DNA of 64,000 nucleotides from a virus, in the IMG/VR virus record IMGVR_UViG_3300017917_002068, positions 64,004 through 128,003 of that record. The stretch is one strand, 5' to 3'. Under the pieces are notes generated by a model, which did no database searches, was not told where the DNA came from, and was given only the letters and a program-made list of their open reading frames with translations. The first letter of the stretch is position 1. Each line of letters starts with the position of its first letter. This document shows, piece by piece, positions 35,516 through 50,500 of the stretch. A program made the translations under genes and the position numbers.

Positions 35516-38500
35516 TAGAGCAATTTTGTAGTGCTTTGTTGTAGAAACTTAGCGACCGGTGTAGTGTTTTGACTTAATGTTACGCCAGAACTTACACTAT
35601 CGTCCCCGAAATCATACCAAGTTTTTCCAGTTCTTCGAACCACAGTAATTCTAGTGCCGGCTGGGGGAGCGGATGTTAATCTAATACCTAAACTAGATCC
35701 ATCTACCGAAAACTCTGCTTCTAGAGTAACATCAGCTGCTGGGCTATAAGACCCCCGTGTCGGATCAAAAATTGTTGCTATGTCTTTTCTCAATCGTTTT
35801 CCTGCTACAAACACTTCTATAGCATCACACGGATAAAACCCATCAGGTATTGTATCAACATAGGTAAATTCAACAGGATTGCCCGCCGAATCTTTTCTAG
35901 CTGGGGGGATAAACGGCAGTCCTAGGTAGATATAAGAACTTCCGTCCGAAACAAAATCGTATCTGTCTTGAGTTTCTCTATATGGAACTATCTCAGTGTA
36001 GCTAACATTAACCACAACGGAATCTATCGCATGTACTGTCGGAATAGCAGTTCCGTATAACCCTCTTCGAAGATTCTTTAAGATATTTCCCTGTTTCGAA
36101 AGATATTCGATACGTTCCCCGTTAATTAAAATTACACCAGGCAGTTTTAGTCTAGGCTCAGGCAACAAAGAAGCATCATTGAGCTCAATCTCTGTATCAT
36201 AATAGTAAAGATCTTTAGATAAAGATATATTACCGATCGCATATCTTGTGAAATGATTTGAATTTAAGGCGTCTTTGAATATTTCATATGCAAAAGGTTC
36301 TTTATAAACTTGAGATGCAAAAGAAATAATTTCAATTTCATCTTGATCAGTATTTTCATCTTTTAGATATACTGTATTTTTAGGATAATCAATATAAAAA
36401 TCAACATCCGGTGTTAATCGTTGTCCATTTTTATAAACCCAAATATACGATATTCCGATAGCAGATCGCTGCAAAGGATAATTTAATTTACCGCCCGTCT
36501 TCCTATCTTTAACTAGATCTACTGACGAATATTGGTTGAACCAAACGATGTTTAATTTATCTCCTGCAGTTAAGGTTAGATCGTTAGATAATATTATTTC
36601 ATCATCAATGATTTCAAATTGATTATCATCATAAGTTTCTACCCTGATAATATCACCATGATTTAATCTCTTGATAATCGTTACAGTGTTTGATGCTGCG
36701 GTAAATTCGTATTCTAAGCCAAATACTAACAACGTATTATTAATATAGGCTTTAACCTGAGATTGAACAATACTACCGAACGGTTTAAACGGATCGATTC
36801 CGACAGAGACAACATTATTCGTTCCGTCGTATGTTTGAATAACAGTATCGATGCATCTTAATAATGTATCATTTAGATCAACAATTACGTTACCGGTAGG
36901 TGATGCATTCGATGTTACAAAATTGCTTATTTGATATACTCGTTGATTTACATCGGTTATATTTACTGTTTGATAATTAACTCGGACAATTGAATCTGCA
37001 TCTATAGAATTCGTAGAAAGAACGATGATCGCTACTTTAGAATCTTGCACTGGAGCAATTCCAAATTCAACTAAAGTTTTATCAATATCATTAACGATTC
37101 CGTTACTGTTTATAAAATTAACAGGTGTTGATACATAATCAACTGTGGCAAACACCCTTCCAGTTTCTTGATAATTTGCCGCGGTTAAGAAATATCTATT
37201 TGAACCGTCTCCTATAAAATCTCTATAATCTAATATTTCTATACCACCAACATTGATAGAGAAAATTTCGATCACTGAATTAAGCACGGGCGAGTTAATA
37301 AATCTTATGTTTTGTGTTAATGGCTCAAATACATAATCGGTTTCATTAACTTTTTTAATTTTATCAACAAATACTATTACAGAATTTTGCTCTAATACAC
37401 TTTGACCAATATCAAATAATGTATTTGTTCCGTCAGCAGTATAAATTCTAGATAGCACTGTAGGAGAACCTACTCTGTCTGAATGGAATACCTTAATACT
37501 TACTGCTTCTAACACTTGACCAGGAATGTTTTCTTCCGGTGCTGGTACTTGAAGAGGAGATATAAAGTTACTGCCGTCAATTCTAATTTCATCAGCAGAT
37601 AATCCAGTAGCGGTCGAATATGCACCGTCGATTACATTTGGAGCATCAAATACAGGAGTTCCTGTAGTATTGCTTGTTAAAGATCCTCCAGAAATTTCAG
37701 TATCGATTAAATTTCTATCATTGATAGATAAAGAACCATCGCTGTTATCCGGACGGAAAATTAAAATATCTCCATCTTCAATTGATATATTTTCAGGAAT
37801 TGTTACTGCAGAGGTTGAACCATCTCCTATAAATGTATCCATTAGTGCCGAATCTGGTCGGCCTGGTTCTCCTTGAGGATAATCGATCCGGACAAATACA
37901 CTCTCGTCTTTTCTCTTTAGATAAACGTTGATCATTTGACCTGTTACAGGCATCTCAGGTAATACGAAGATATTTGAAGTTCCGTCAGCTGTAACATAAA
38001 AATCTGAGTTTAATGCCTCTGCACTATCCCATCCTTCGGTAAACCATGGAAGAGCATCCCATCCTCCGCTAACATCTAATGTTGCGCCTTGAACAATAAC
38101 TCCACCGTAGTCGAGACCAGTTACAAGCTGAGTATAATCATTTTGCACCTCGATAACATTTCCGTTTTCGTCGTACTTTTCAATTTTTTCAAAACCAGGC
38201 ATTCCGGCTTTAGGGGTATAATATTTGTCAATTCTGTTAAGATAATCGAGAGATTTATCGTTAATTTCATAGGTAACTATGACTACTTCAGTTAGAAGAG
38301 GAGCAACGTTAATTATTAATCGACCGCGATTTGTAGTAAATCTATCAATCAATTCATCATAGTTTTCTACGTTATATTGATTTGATAATAATTTAATACC
38401 AGACGAATTATTAATTTCTGCCTTATTTTTAATAACAACTGAAATTTTAGACTTATCAACAGTTGTTGGATATTTTAAATTGAATACTGTTTTACTTCCT

Positions 38501-41500
38501 GTTCCGTCAAATGTTTCAGTTTCAATAAATTTTTCATCAATTGACAAATTATTAAATGTAGGAACTTTAGAAATTCTATCAAATTTTAGAGATAGATTAA
38601 AATTACGTGCTTTAGAATTTCCTATAATAGCAACTGCTTTAGCTGTATTTTCTAAATTAGTTCCGATACCTCCAACAATTTTTATCGTTGGTGCTGATGT
38701 ATATCCAGACCCTCCGTCCAATAATACTATTTTGCTCAGTCTGCCATTAGATACAAAAGCACGAGCCTTTGCTCCAGTTCCTCCGCCGCCTTCAAATATA
38801 ACGATCGGCACAGTTCTATAATTTCTACCCGGATTAGAAATAATTATATCAATGACAGAATACTTGTAATTGTCTAACCACCATTTCCAAGGATAGGTAT
38901 CAATCTCGGTAGAAATTAACTTAACTGGTTCAATTTTCTTTGTTAAAGGATTATATACCGACGGTACGTCAAAATCAGTGAAACTTGTATTAGTATTTTC
39001 AATTGAAGTATAACGACTTGTGTATTCTCTTATTTTTGTTCTATATGGTTTAACTTCTTCGATATATTTTTGATAACTTGATAGATTATCATTTTTATAA
39101 GTGACCTTTTTAGATAAATTTCCAACGTTATGTACGGCATTAACAAAACTTGTCTTGAATGCCCAGTCTATATAAAGTTGTTCAGAAAATGCATAATGTA
39201 CGTTGGCGAAGAATAATTTGTTCCACTCGGCCTGAGCATCATCTACAAAAATTTCGTTTTTTACAGAGTCTAAAATTATTCTAAATTCTTTAGCGGCCGA
39301 CGTATCATAACCTTGGCTGTCATAAGACTGTGTTAAATCATATCCAGATGATTTTTCTTTTGTATTAATAAAATCTGTAAGAATTTCTATAGTGCCTTGA
39401 TAACGCCCTACTAATCGGTATTTTTCAAGGATTGTGGAATTTACAGGCTCTACTCGTTCTAAAACTGCCCAATTGCCTGCACCATATTCTTTAATTCTTA
39501 ATAAATCACCAATTTCTAAACTAACATCGGGTTCAGCATATAATCCGGGAATTTCAAATTTAATTCTTGATTTTTCTGAAAAGCCGAGTTTCCACCAATC
39601 AATTTTTTTCCAATAATTTCGTGTATCGAAAGATTGAGATGCTGATCTATAAAATTCTTGGGCTTTTTCATTCCAACTATAGATGCTCCAGTAGTTTCTA
39701 ACAGTTCTATCAAACTTTACCAATACAGAAAACTGCCGTACAGAAAGATTAGCAAAGGTATATCTCGATCCTTGATTTAATACATCAACGGATGTAATTC
39801 TTCCTAATTTATCGATATTGGCTCTAAACTTTGCACCCGATCCGTTACCGGTAATTATAATCGGCGGAGACACTCGATAACCGTATCCGCTATCAAGAAT
39901 ATCAATAGTATTGATGTGACCGTTAATAATATTTGCTTTAAGTAGTGCCGGTTTAATTTTAGAAGTCGATATCAAAGATAACTCATCATATGAATCAACT
40001 TCTCTATCATATAGATTTTTTACTGGACTAGGATATTGATCAAAAGAATTTAATTTAGTAAAATCTAATAACTCAGAATACGGTTGAGATCTTAAAATAT
40101 TATTAATGAATTCAATAGTAATTTTAACCGCACCGTTTCGATCAACAAACATACCCTGACGTGGTTTATTTAAAATTCCATATTTGAATTTAACCGGTAA
40201 AGCTGAGTCAGGAACTTCTTTACCTGTGATATCGTATCCTATTAAAGAATCAATCCACTTATTTTCCAAATCCTGTGAAGGAATACTATCTGCAATACCT
40301 TCAGTTAATAATTGATATTCTCTATGTATTTGATTGATATTTTTAGTATCTTTATAAAATTGTACAATAATAGAAACATTATCACCCGTGATAGTCATCG
40401 AAGGATTATAGATAGCAATTTTGTCTGCATCGATCAACGTAGCAAATGTGATTCCGGTAGATATCGGATTTTCAATATAAGACGAAATTGCCGCCGTTGA
40501 AATTTTTCTAAAGGTCTTATTTAAAGGTAAATCTAATTTATTCTTTACCCAGAAATAAAATTTCCTAGATGAAACTTGACCTGTAATTTTATCTAGTGTT
40601 TCTAAAACAGAATATCTAGAATCTGTGATGTCTAGGGGAGTTCCAGTTACACCTAAACTAAAACCTTCGGCAGTATTTGAAATTGCCGCCCACTGACTAG
40701 GTAGATAATCTGATTCGACCCATTCATAGACGTCTATGCTAGAACCGAAAACTTGTTGATTCCAATTACCTATTCTAAAGGAAATATCATCTTGATTATA
40801 TTGTATCCATTTAACAGTACTAGTGTCCCACCATACAAATCCAACCTGATCTTTAAACCACGCTTGGCCGTTGGAAATGTTATCGTCAGTGGTATAGTAT
40901 GCAGGATCATATGAAGTTTTAAATTTAATTTCTTGTTCTGCTACTGATAAAATTTTTCCTCTTAACGGATCGATTATATCGATATCACCTAATTTAATAT
41001 TTTTATCAGGATCAAAGAACACTAGAGATTTCAAAGTCTGTAAATTAACCACTGGGCTTTGTTCTCTTATAGGCTCCCAAGCATTTACCTTTGATAATTT
41101 TCTAAATACCTGCACTCTCCCGATTGTTTCTCCAAGGAATGCTGGGTCTTCTGATTTATATAACGGAGATCCAATTATTATCCTATCATCAAAACAAGAT
41201 ATAGATTTTCCAAAACTCTCACCAGAAGTTAAGTTTTCGTCAAAAATTTCTGATAATACATACTTAGAACCATATCTATTAAAAATATAAACTTTTCCAG
41301 TTACTCCTACAATATCTTTAAAACGGGTAGAAAGAAAATCAAATGTAGTTGAACCTGAATCAAATCTTACTAAATTTGAAGCGATAGAAGTTCCTGCAGA
41401 TATCGCTAAAGTATCAGACGTCGGTGATATTGATATTTCGTCTCCAAATCTTTCAAAGAAATCTAAAGAATAGCTTTCAAGTCTTTGTAAAATTTCAAAA

Positions 41501-44500
41501 GAATTATTATTCCATTGGAATACAAATACTGCTCCTTTATCTTTATTTTTAATATCTGCATCCGGAGCGGAAACTAATAATAAATCTCCTTCGTTATTCA
41601 ATGTTACCTTATAACCTAATTCATCGCCGGCTTCGAGATCGTCCGAAGCTATAGTATCATCGTCGATTATCTGTACTAATTCAAATATGTTGTCTGAATT
41701 TTTCTTATAAACAAATACTGCACCAGTATCAAATTCCGGAGATTCCGTGAGTTTATTCCAAGTAGCCCCATTAACTGGCAACTCTCCTGTGCTGGTCAAA
41801 GTTAATAGTTTAAAATATGCAGGAACGCCGTTTTCTAAAATTTTAACTATATCATCTTTTTCATAGGTCTGGAACGATTTCCAAGCACCTTTATAATTTT
41901 CGTAATCACTGCTATCGGCGAACGGAGCTCCTACTACCAGAACTGAGGCATCCGAAGACATTGATGTAGATATTCCATACCTATCACCAATATTCAATAA
42001 TTCCGGACTTTGCTGATCAATTATACCTGCCTCTAAAGATGATCCATCATTTTGATAAGACGATTGAGCCGGAAGTATTCCGGTATTAACGCTTTCTGAA
42101 AGTTCCCAAACAGAATCATCTTCTCCGGGTGTATTATCTCCTGCTAGATAAACTTCATTGGCTTTCCAATAATTATTATCGTACCAAACTATTGAACCGG
42201 AAGTATAATTCTTGGCTGAATTAAAAATTCCGACGAAATTTCTATCTTCTAATTGTTTCCAAGAAATTCCATCATATTGATATAGATACACTCTTCCGCG
42301 ATTTAACAATGATCCCGGGGCAGAAATCGCCATGAAATAAGATTCCGGAACGCCTCCAATGTCTTTGCCTAGAATTTTAATTTCGTCTCCGACATTATAT
42401 CTCGAACCTCTAACATTAACCGTTGCAGTATATCTTCCTTGATCTCTAACCAATTCAAAAATTGCGCCTGATCCAGGGGCACTGATGTCCTGTCCTATAA
42501 TATCAAAGAAAGACCCAACGCCTACAGACGAACCGGAAAATGAAATACCGGATTTAGCAGTACCAGATATGGAAATATTTCTAATACTATTGTCGATGAA
42601 TCTCATCGGGTTAATCCTTGGAGACGAAGTCGATGTCAAAGGAATTACTGCTTTAGTTTCTGTATCTGAATATATTGTAAAAGCTTGAGAATTTAATATT
42701 TCTTTAATATAATATTGTGTTCCTGCTGATAATCCACCAGCAACACTTCCAGAAAATACGACAGGCTGATCTACTCTTAACTGAGATGTTGATCCGACAA
42801 CTATCGAATTATTTCCTTCTGATGTTCCTACTGTAGTAATAGGAAGATTAGGATTTACTCTAATTAATAAATCATTAGACGGTGATTCACCTCCTAGTTG
42901 AGATCCGGAGATTAATATTGTCGAACCTGACGTATATTTTACTAGATCTCCGAGGTTGCCATCTGCGGTAGATGTAATAAACGCTGCCCATGGTCTAGCC
43001 AATGACGCAAACAAACCTGTTGGGACTTCTTCCCAGTATTCGGTATTAGTCGGTAAAATAGGTCCAGATACTTCCCAATATTCAGTATCGGTTGGTAGGA
43101 CAAACTGCACTTCAACAACATTATCGCCTATACCGTCTTTAACTCTATAATAAGATGAAGATCTTTCTGGGTACTTTACTACATCTCCTGAGTAATAGAC
43201 TGCTGTAGAATCCCACACCCCGCGATCAGTTTGAGTATTTTTAATACATCCATAAATTCTTCCAGCATAGCTAACAATACTTCTTCCGCTATAGCCCACG
43301 CCAGGATCAGCGATCGACACAGTATATGACGTTCTCAATCTATTAACATTAAATACTGCTTCTTTAAACGGAGTATCTGAATTAATTCCTGTTAGATTAG
43401 CATAAGTAGCAGAACCTAAAATCTCACCTCCGGCAGTAATTGCGGTCACTGTAACAGTAAGATCGTTGGCCGGAGAATTACCACCTATCTGAGTTCCTAA
43501 TATTTTTATTTGATCCCCGATAGCATATCTTGTACCTCCGTTTCTAACAGTTACAATATAAGACCCACTCGATTTAATAACATCAAACGACGCTCCCGAA
43601 CCCGGAGTACTAATGTCAAATCCGCTAATGTTTTCATAGACTGTATCTTTGAGGCCGCTCACACCAACTGCATCAACTAAAGTGATACCGCCATTAGTGT
43701 CTATTGCTTTAACAATTAAGGTAACATCGCCGCTGGTGCCTTCAATGCCTTCTTGTTTTCCTATAGAAATACTGCTACCAAACAATTCACCAGCATCGGG
43801 TCTTGGGCTAATTAGTGTCGATCTGTAATTCCACTGACCTCTAGTAAATTCAAAAATATCTACCGTTCCTTGTCTCGGATATCCTTGATTAGTATCAACT
43901 CGACCCTTTGCAAAAGGTTGTGCTTGATGCAGAGTTTCTGGTTCCCAATCTTCGTTAGAAAGAGTTATTTCTAATGTACTGCCATCAGGAAATATTGGTT
44001 TTTTAGCTTTCCATAGTTTCCCGCCTGATATTACTGTGTCATCAGTATTATATTGTCCTAGAGAGTTAAACAGTCCCTTGAAGCCGGACGGTATCCCAGA
44101 AGCCGTCGGTGATCCTACGATAAGCCAACGTCCGTCGGCGCTGGTCGTTATCGAGGTTCCATATGATCCGCTGAGTTCAGGAGCTATATCAGAGATTGGA
44201 CTTAAAATTTGTGTAGGAACAAGCCCATCGACACCTTGATTATAAACTACTATTGCCGGGGCCGCAGCTATGTTCAATGGATTTCCTGGATTAGACACTA
44301 TCACTTGATCACGTAATGGAACATACGCTGTAGAACTTCCTATTTTAGAAGGTAGCGAAATTCCGTACTCTGCAATTTCAGATTTAGAAAATTGTTTGTT
44401 TCTTTCAAGAACCTGCCATGTATTATTATTGCTCGAGTCTAGCCAAACTTTAGATCCTAACGGCAATATAGAAAAATCTTCTTTAATTAATTCAGCCGGT

Positions 44501-47500
44501 GTAGCGATTCGAGCTGGTAAGAAAACTCCGATATTACAGAAAGAACTTTGATCTATTTCCGGCTCGGTTTCAAATCCGTTAGTATCAACTATTATGGTGT
44601 CGGAATTTACCGCTGAAATTTTAAAGAATCCCTGAAGATTTTGTATATTAGTTAAACCGATGAGTGTTCCGACTTTTAATTTGTGAGGACGAATAGTTTT
44701 TAAGCTAACTCGTCGAAGATCTAATGCAGCTACGGCGGTAACTGTAATGTCGGTAACTTTATACCTTAACACATTCCAACCAGAAGTTTCGAATGTTATC
44801 CAAATAGTTGATCCATCTTTAAACTCAGATATATCATTTCCTATCAGTTGGTCAAAATTTTCGATTACGAAATCAACGTCTGAAACATTAACATACCCAG
44901 CACCCTGTTGCGTATTGTCCGACAACTGAGTTTGTATTACTGTATTTTTACTATCACCTATTTCGTAATTAGAGTCATCTAGCACTATGTAATTTTTATA
45001 AACGTTCTGATCAATAGACCTATTATTCAATATTATAGGCTGAGGATTTAGTTTGAACTTATCTTTGCCTATTTTAAATTCAATTTCGTCATATTGATCA
45101 GTACCGCCGATCTGACCTACTCTAAATGCCCATTCCTCGTTTATTTCAACTGCGTCTGCATCTACTTTGCTCAGTTTATCAAATACTTTCTTAACCGCAT
45201 TTGCTGTGCCTTTTTCTTTGACAAAGCCGCTGTACAATCTATATTGAGTAACTGGATCTTCTGCTAAATCTTGTAGATATTCTCTAGGTTGATAGGCTAC
45301 AAAATGCCTTGCAAGGTCGCGCTGACTTGAGCCGAGCCCTTCAGAATCGAGATCATAAAAATCTTCAAATTGATTAATCTTGTATTCAAAATTTGATACT
45401 AAACCTGTAGTTGGAGTGCTATCTAACTTTTCCCAATTAGAATTATCAAATTCTGATTTTCCTGGTTGATTAATTTTGCTAACATAGTTAAATTCTCTGT
45501 ATCTAACAATATCTCCAAGCTTATAATCTATGAAAGGAGTCCATGTTTGTATATTCACATCGTCAAACACAAATCCCGGACTAGTATAATCTCCATCCCA
45601 GTCTGTGGTTCTGAAACCTATTACTTTAATTCTCTGCTGACGATATCCCGGACCTTTATCAAAAATCACATCATTAAACATCGTCCGATCATTAAAAATA
45701 ACCACATGTTCTTTTAAAAGATAGCTTACTTTGGCGAAATAAATTCCGTCTCGGATATTAACTGGTACAATATGAAATTCGTTATATCCTCTGAAAACAT
45801 CGATATTCTCTGGGGATAATTTAGTACCGTCACTCTTTAAAATAGTATAATCAAAGAATGAATCTAAAATGTTATTAGCTACTCCGCCGGTAGAATTTAT
45901 TTTTAGTTTGATTGCACCCGGACTTAACGATATAACAGCGCCCGGCGCCCAATTATGTGTAGTCCAGAACATAAATTCTTTAGCACTAGTTTCCCAGTTG
46001 GCTACTGCCTGTAAATCATTACTGTATTCTTCAAACTGGATTCCTTGATCTTTTAAATATTCTCCATATCCTAAAAGAAAATCTACAACGTCTTGTATCG
46101 TTAAAAGATTAGTACCGTACGGAATTCGTTGTGTTTCGGTTCTATCAAAGAATGATCTCTTGGATGCTTCGACTGCTCCTACTAGTGGAACTTTATCAAT
46201 CTTGATCCATTTTGTCGCTTCAAAAGAATTAACCGATGTATGACTTACTAGAGATCTATAAAAGGATTCAGAGAACCTTACAATAATTCCTCTACTATAA
46301 AATTGATTTTCTTTCCATGTAACAAAATTTTCACTAACTCCGCCAACAACTATTTTTGGATCATAATTAGTAGGAAGAATCGGGTAGTAATCAAAATAAG
46401 TATTCTGTTTGTCATAACCGCTAATTAACCATCCTCGATCTGACTTTTCGATAATTACCCCAGAGTATGTAACATTTCGAATCGGAGTGCTGACATCGAA
46501 AAATATCTCGAAATCTTCGGGAGGAATAAAAACATTAGATGTTGTTGATTGTGGGTTCTTTGAATCTAGCAGATATTTTTGCTGAGATTTATCAACAAAC
46601 CCTCCGATTTTGTTAGATAATCTAACATCGAAGTTTTCAAGTTTTTCTTTTAGAATCGACTTATCTTTTAAATCAACCTTCAGATAATTTTCAATATAGT
46701 ACAATAAACCGGTAGGAGTTAGATCAGTACTGATATTTGAAATTATATCATCGATCCTTAGGAAATAAGATGTTTCTTTTCCGACTATTTGATCAATCCT
46801 GTTTCTTCTGATATAGTTTCTATCTAAACTTAAAGGTATAAATTCAAATGGTCTTAAAAGACAAAGGGCAAATATTACCACAAACGGATAAGATGAACTC
46901 TTTCTCCATGCATTTTCTACCGGTGCTTGATCTCCAAATTTAAATTTAGCTTGATTGTTAAGAGAAGAATAATTCCTTAATATATTAATTTCTACAGGAC
47001 TCTTTAGATTTCCCTCGTCATCGACTGGTAAAATTTCTAATAGATTTGGTCGAGCATATCGTGTATATGTTCCTTGTCGAGCACCTTGTTTAATAATTCC
47101 ATCTCTTAGATCTTCCCACAACAGTAAATTACCACTAGTATAAGGTGCTGGACCATATTCGTCTTCCCACCAATTTGGTTTTTCCGAAAAGCCTAACATT
47201 TCCCACGGGGCAAGATGTGGCCTATCAGTGTCAAATACTGCCTGATACATTCCTCTCCAGAATTGTGGGAGTTTTTTATTTGTAGAATTATCTAGTACGT
47301 TCGAGTAAGTGTATGTAAATGGATTTGATGAATTATAAAAATTATTAACTGTAGAATCCTGATCGACATAGGTTGACCATCTTAAAAATTCTTGATTAAT
47401 AACCTGATTAAAATCGTCTAGGGATATTAGACCAGTATTATAAAATGATGAAACAACTGAATCGATATCAAACAAGTTTTCATCATAGGTTAATTTTAAA

Positions 47501-50500
47501 TTATTATAAATTCTTTTTTCTAACTCTAATATTAAATCATCTCGAAAATCATTGAATGCAATAGTAATGCTACCGTCGTGACCTCTAATTACCAGTTTAG
47601 GTTCGATATAGGTCGTATCAATAAATTTTTCGGGTAAAAACTTTTTATACAATCCTAGTTTAGTTGGGGTAGGCGGAATAAAGTTAAAAGATGTAGTAAA
47701 ATATTCCTTAATTGTTATCTGATCACCTTCATTTAACTCTTTAAGTATTCTTACAAATCCAAAAGTAGAATCGAAAGAATAATCAAAATTTATTAGTTGT
47801 TGCTCTCCATTTATATAGACATATACTGCCTTAGATGAAACTACGGAAAGATCAAATTTTTCTCCTAGAGCAAATGTATTGATTCCGGTATCTTCTACTG
47901 TGTATTCGATCTTAGAAAATGCTCCCGATCCTATCATGTCTGAGTCAGAGAACGATGTTTTAACGTTTTTAGATTGTGATATAGTATCGATGATTCGATC
48001 GACGAATCTAACAACATCTCCATCTTCATATGGCAATTCTATAGCTAAAGTCAAGAAATTATTTTTAAATTTCTCATATTCGTTAGCAGCATATTGAATG
48101 GCTTTAATTACATTAACTTCTTTATCGCAAAGAAGATTAATTGAAACTGCTGGAACGCTAGAGTGCTTGACAAATCTTCTACCGTATTGTTCATAATCAA
48201 CTAGGTCCTTTAAGTTTCCAAGGCCTGGAAAAATTCCTTCAAATCCGTCAAGAACTTCTATAATAGTTCCTAAGTGATCATTAACTTGACCTAGGGTAAA
48301 ATTAACAAGATCTTGATTTAACGGGTTTCTTTCCAGTGCATATGGAATTTCATAATACCCGTTATCTGGAACTGCATCAGTATAAACCTTAACAGTGACT
48401 ATATCTCCTACTGCTAATCGATTACCAAAAAGAATCTCTTTTTTGTTATTGGCAAGATTTGTTCCTGTTACAGGGGTTGAAATTCCATTAACGTAACAGA
48501 CTATTTTTTCTCTTGTAGAATTGCTCCAATCGCATGCTTGAGAAAATACTGAAGATGATTCCTCTGTAACCACAATAGTTTCAATAATCGGTTGTAAAAA
48601 TCTTTTGTCAGTTCGAACCCATCCATTAGCATATTCATAATCTGTTAAAGATCTATTAAACCTAACAAAACCTTTATTAACTTTTTCTTGAACTATAGAA
48701 AAATTATTCTGATATGTAAATTGATCTGAATCAAAATCAAATTCAAATTGGATATCTCCTGAGTTATTAATATTCAAATAACTAAGAGCAAATCCTAACT
48801 CCGAATCTGTAGGGCCCGATGTAGAAATTTTGTAACTTATGATCTCTGATCCAGAGAATGATGATGTGTCATATTTTGAAGAGTCACCGAAAGAAATTCC
48901 GTCAGAGTCAAAGCAATCAAATTTTGGAGGCAAATTAACCACAGGTTTTTCTTGACTCTTGATCCACATAGTTCCGTCATAATGGAACATACTACTACCG
49001 TTGATTTTTCCCCGCTTAACTACCAAGCACTCTCCTAGGCTGCTAACCGAATCTTCTGATTCAATTAGGCTAATCTGTCGGCGATTTACAATATTTGAAC
49101 TAGTTTGTACTGTGATAAATTTTACAACGAATATTTTATTCTTTACTAACGGATCTTTATCCGCGGTAAAAAGAATTCTGAATCCATCAGTTACTGGTTC
49201 GCCATCAATATTATAACCTGGAGATCCTTCTATGGTTGAAAAAACATCTGTCGTGAAATCATCTATTAAATCTACGCTAGTTTTAGCCACAGCTCCGTGG
49301 TTGAACAATTGAAGGTCAGCATCAAATTCAATAACAGGTCGTTTAGCTCTCAACGTTTCGTCGAGTCTCGGTGATGTGTTGTTTAATTGTGCAGTATATT
49401 CTAAAACGGATCTATGAAACCATCTATTATAGCGACTCCATGGATTTTTATCTTTACTGGCTCGATTAATTGTTATGTAATCTTTGTTTCTTGGATATGA
49501 TAATGACTCGTCAAACGGTTGATCGTCGAACCCACCGTTATCAAAAAGCACTTCTGGATTAGGATTAGAAATAGGTGGTAATTCTATTTCTTCCCAATTT
49601 ATCAATCTTATAGAATCCCCGACTCCTTCGATTACCCACGAATCTCGACTGTATTTTTCAGGAGAAGTTTGTCCTTCGAATTTCACTCGAAGACCGTTAG
49701 TAAATGATACTCCGTTAGAACTAATATATTTTTGTTTTCCTAAAATGTCTCGTTCGACATCCAAGAAAGTGTTATCTTTCACTTCTGCTATTCTAAAAAT
49801 ACCAATCCTGTTTCTATCTGAGCCACTTTGATAATACAATAATTCAGGAGCATCGTTAGGTACTTCAAAAGTCACTTTTCCTACTTCGATACCGTTACCA
49901 ACAACACCTTTATTATAATTTGACTGATCACCCGATACATTAGATGATCTAATATAAAAAGGATCGCCGGGGGCATTTACATCAAATTCATAAGTTTGCC
50001 CTCTGTATAAGGTTAATGATGGATTCTTTTTTAAACCGTCCGGATAAAAGATCCATTCGCTATTGCTATTAGTTCTTACACGATACGATGATATAATTTC
50101 TCGGGCCTGTCCTAAAACCGTGACTGAATCCGGTCCTACTGGTTGCCAAAAATATTCTCTATAATTTACAAATTTATCCCAGTCAATAGGTGGATTCCAC
50201 GAATGCACATCTTCTTGTGTGATCAAATCGTCTCTTTCGAGATTATTTCCAAAGAATTTTAATTGATTTTTAAAATCGATATAATCATAAAATTCCGAAA
50301 CTCGATTATTCTTTTTTACAACTACAGCTGGCTCTAGTTGATAGGCATCTCTTAGTGTTCCATCGTTATCTACATAAGTTTCCGAAGGATCATAAGTGAC
50401 TCCGTATTTTCTTCCTATGTATCCAGATAATTTTTCTAAGGTTCCCGGCTGCGTTAAAGCATCAAGGGTTGCACCTAAAAATTTATCGTTGGCGTTTGTC

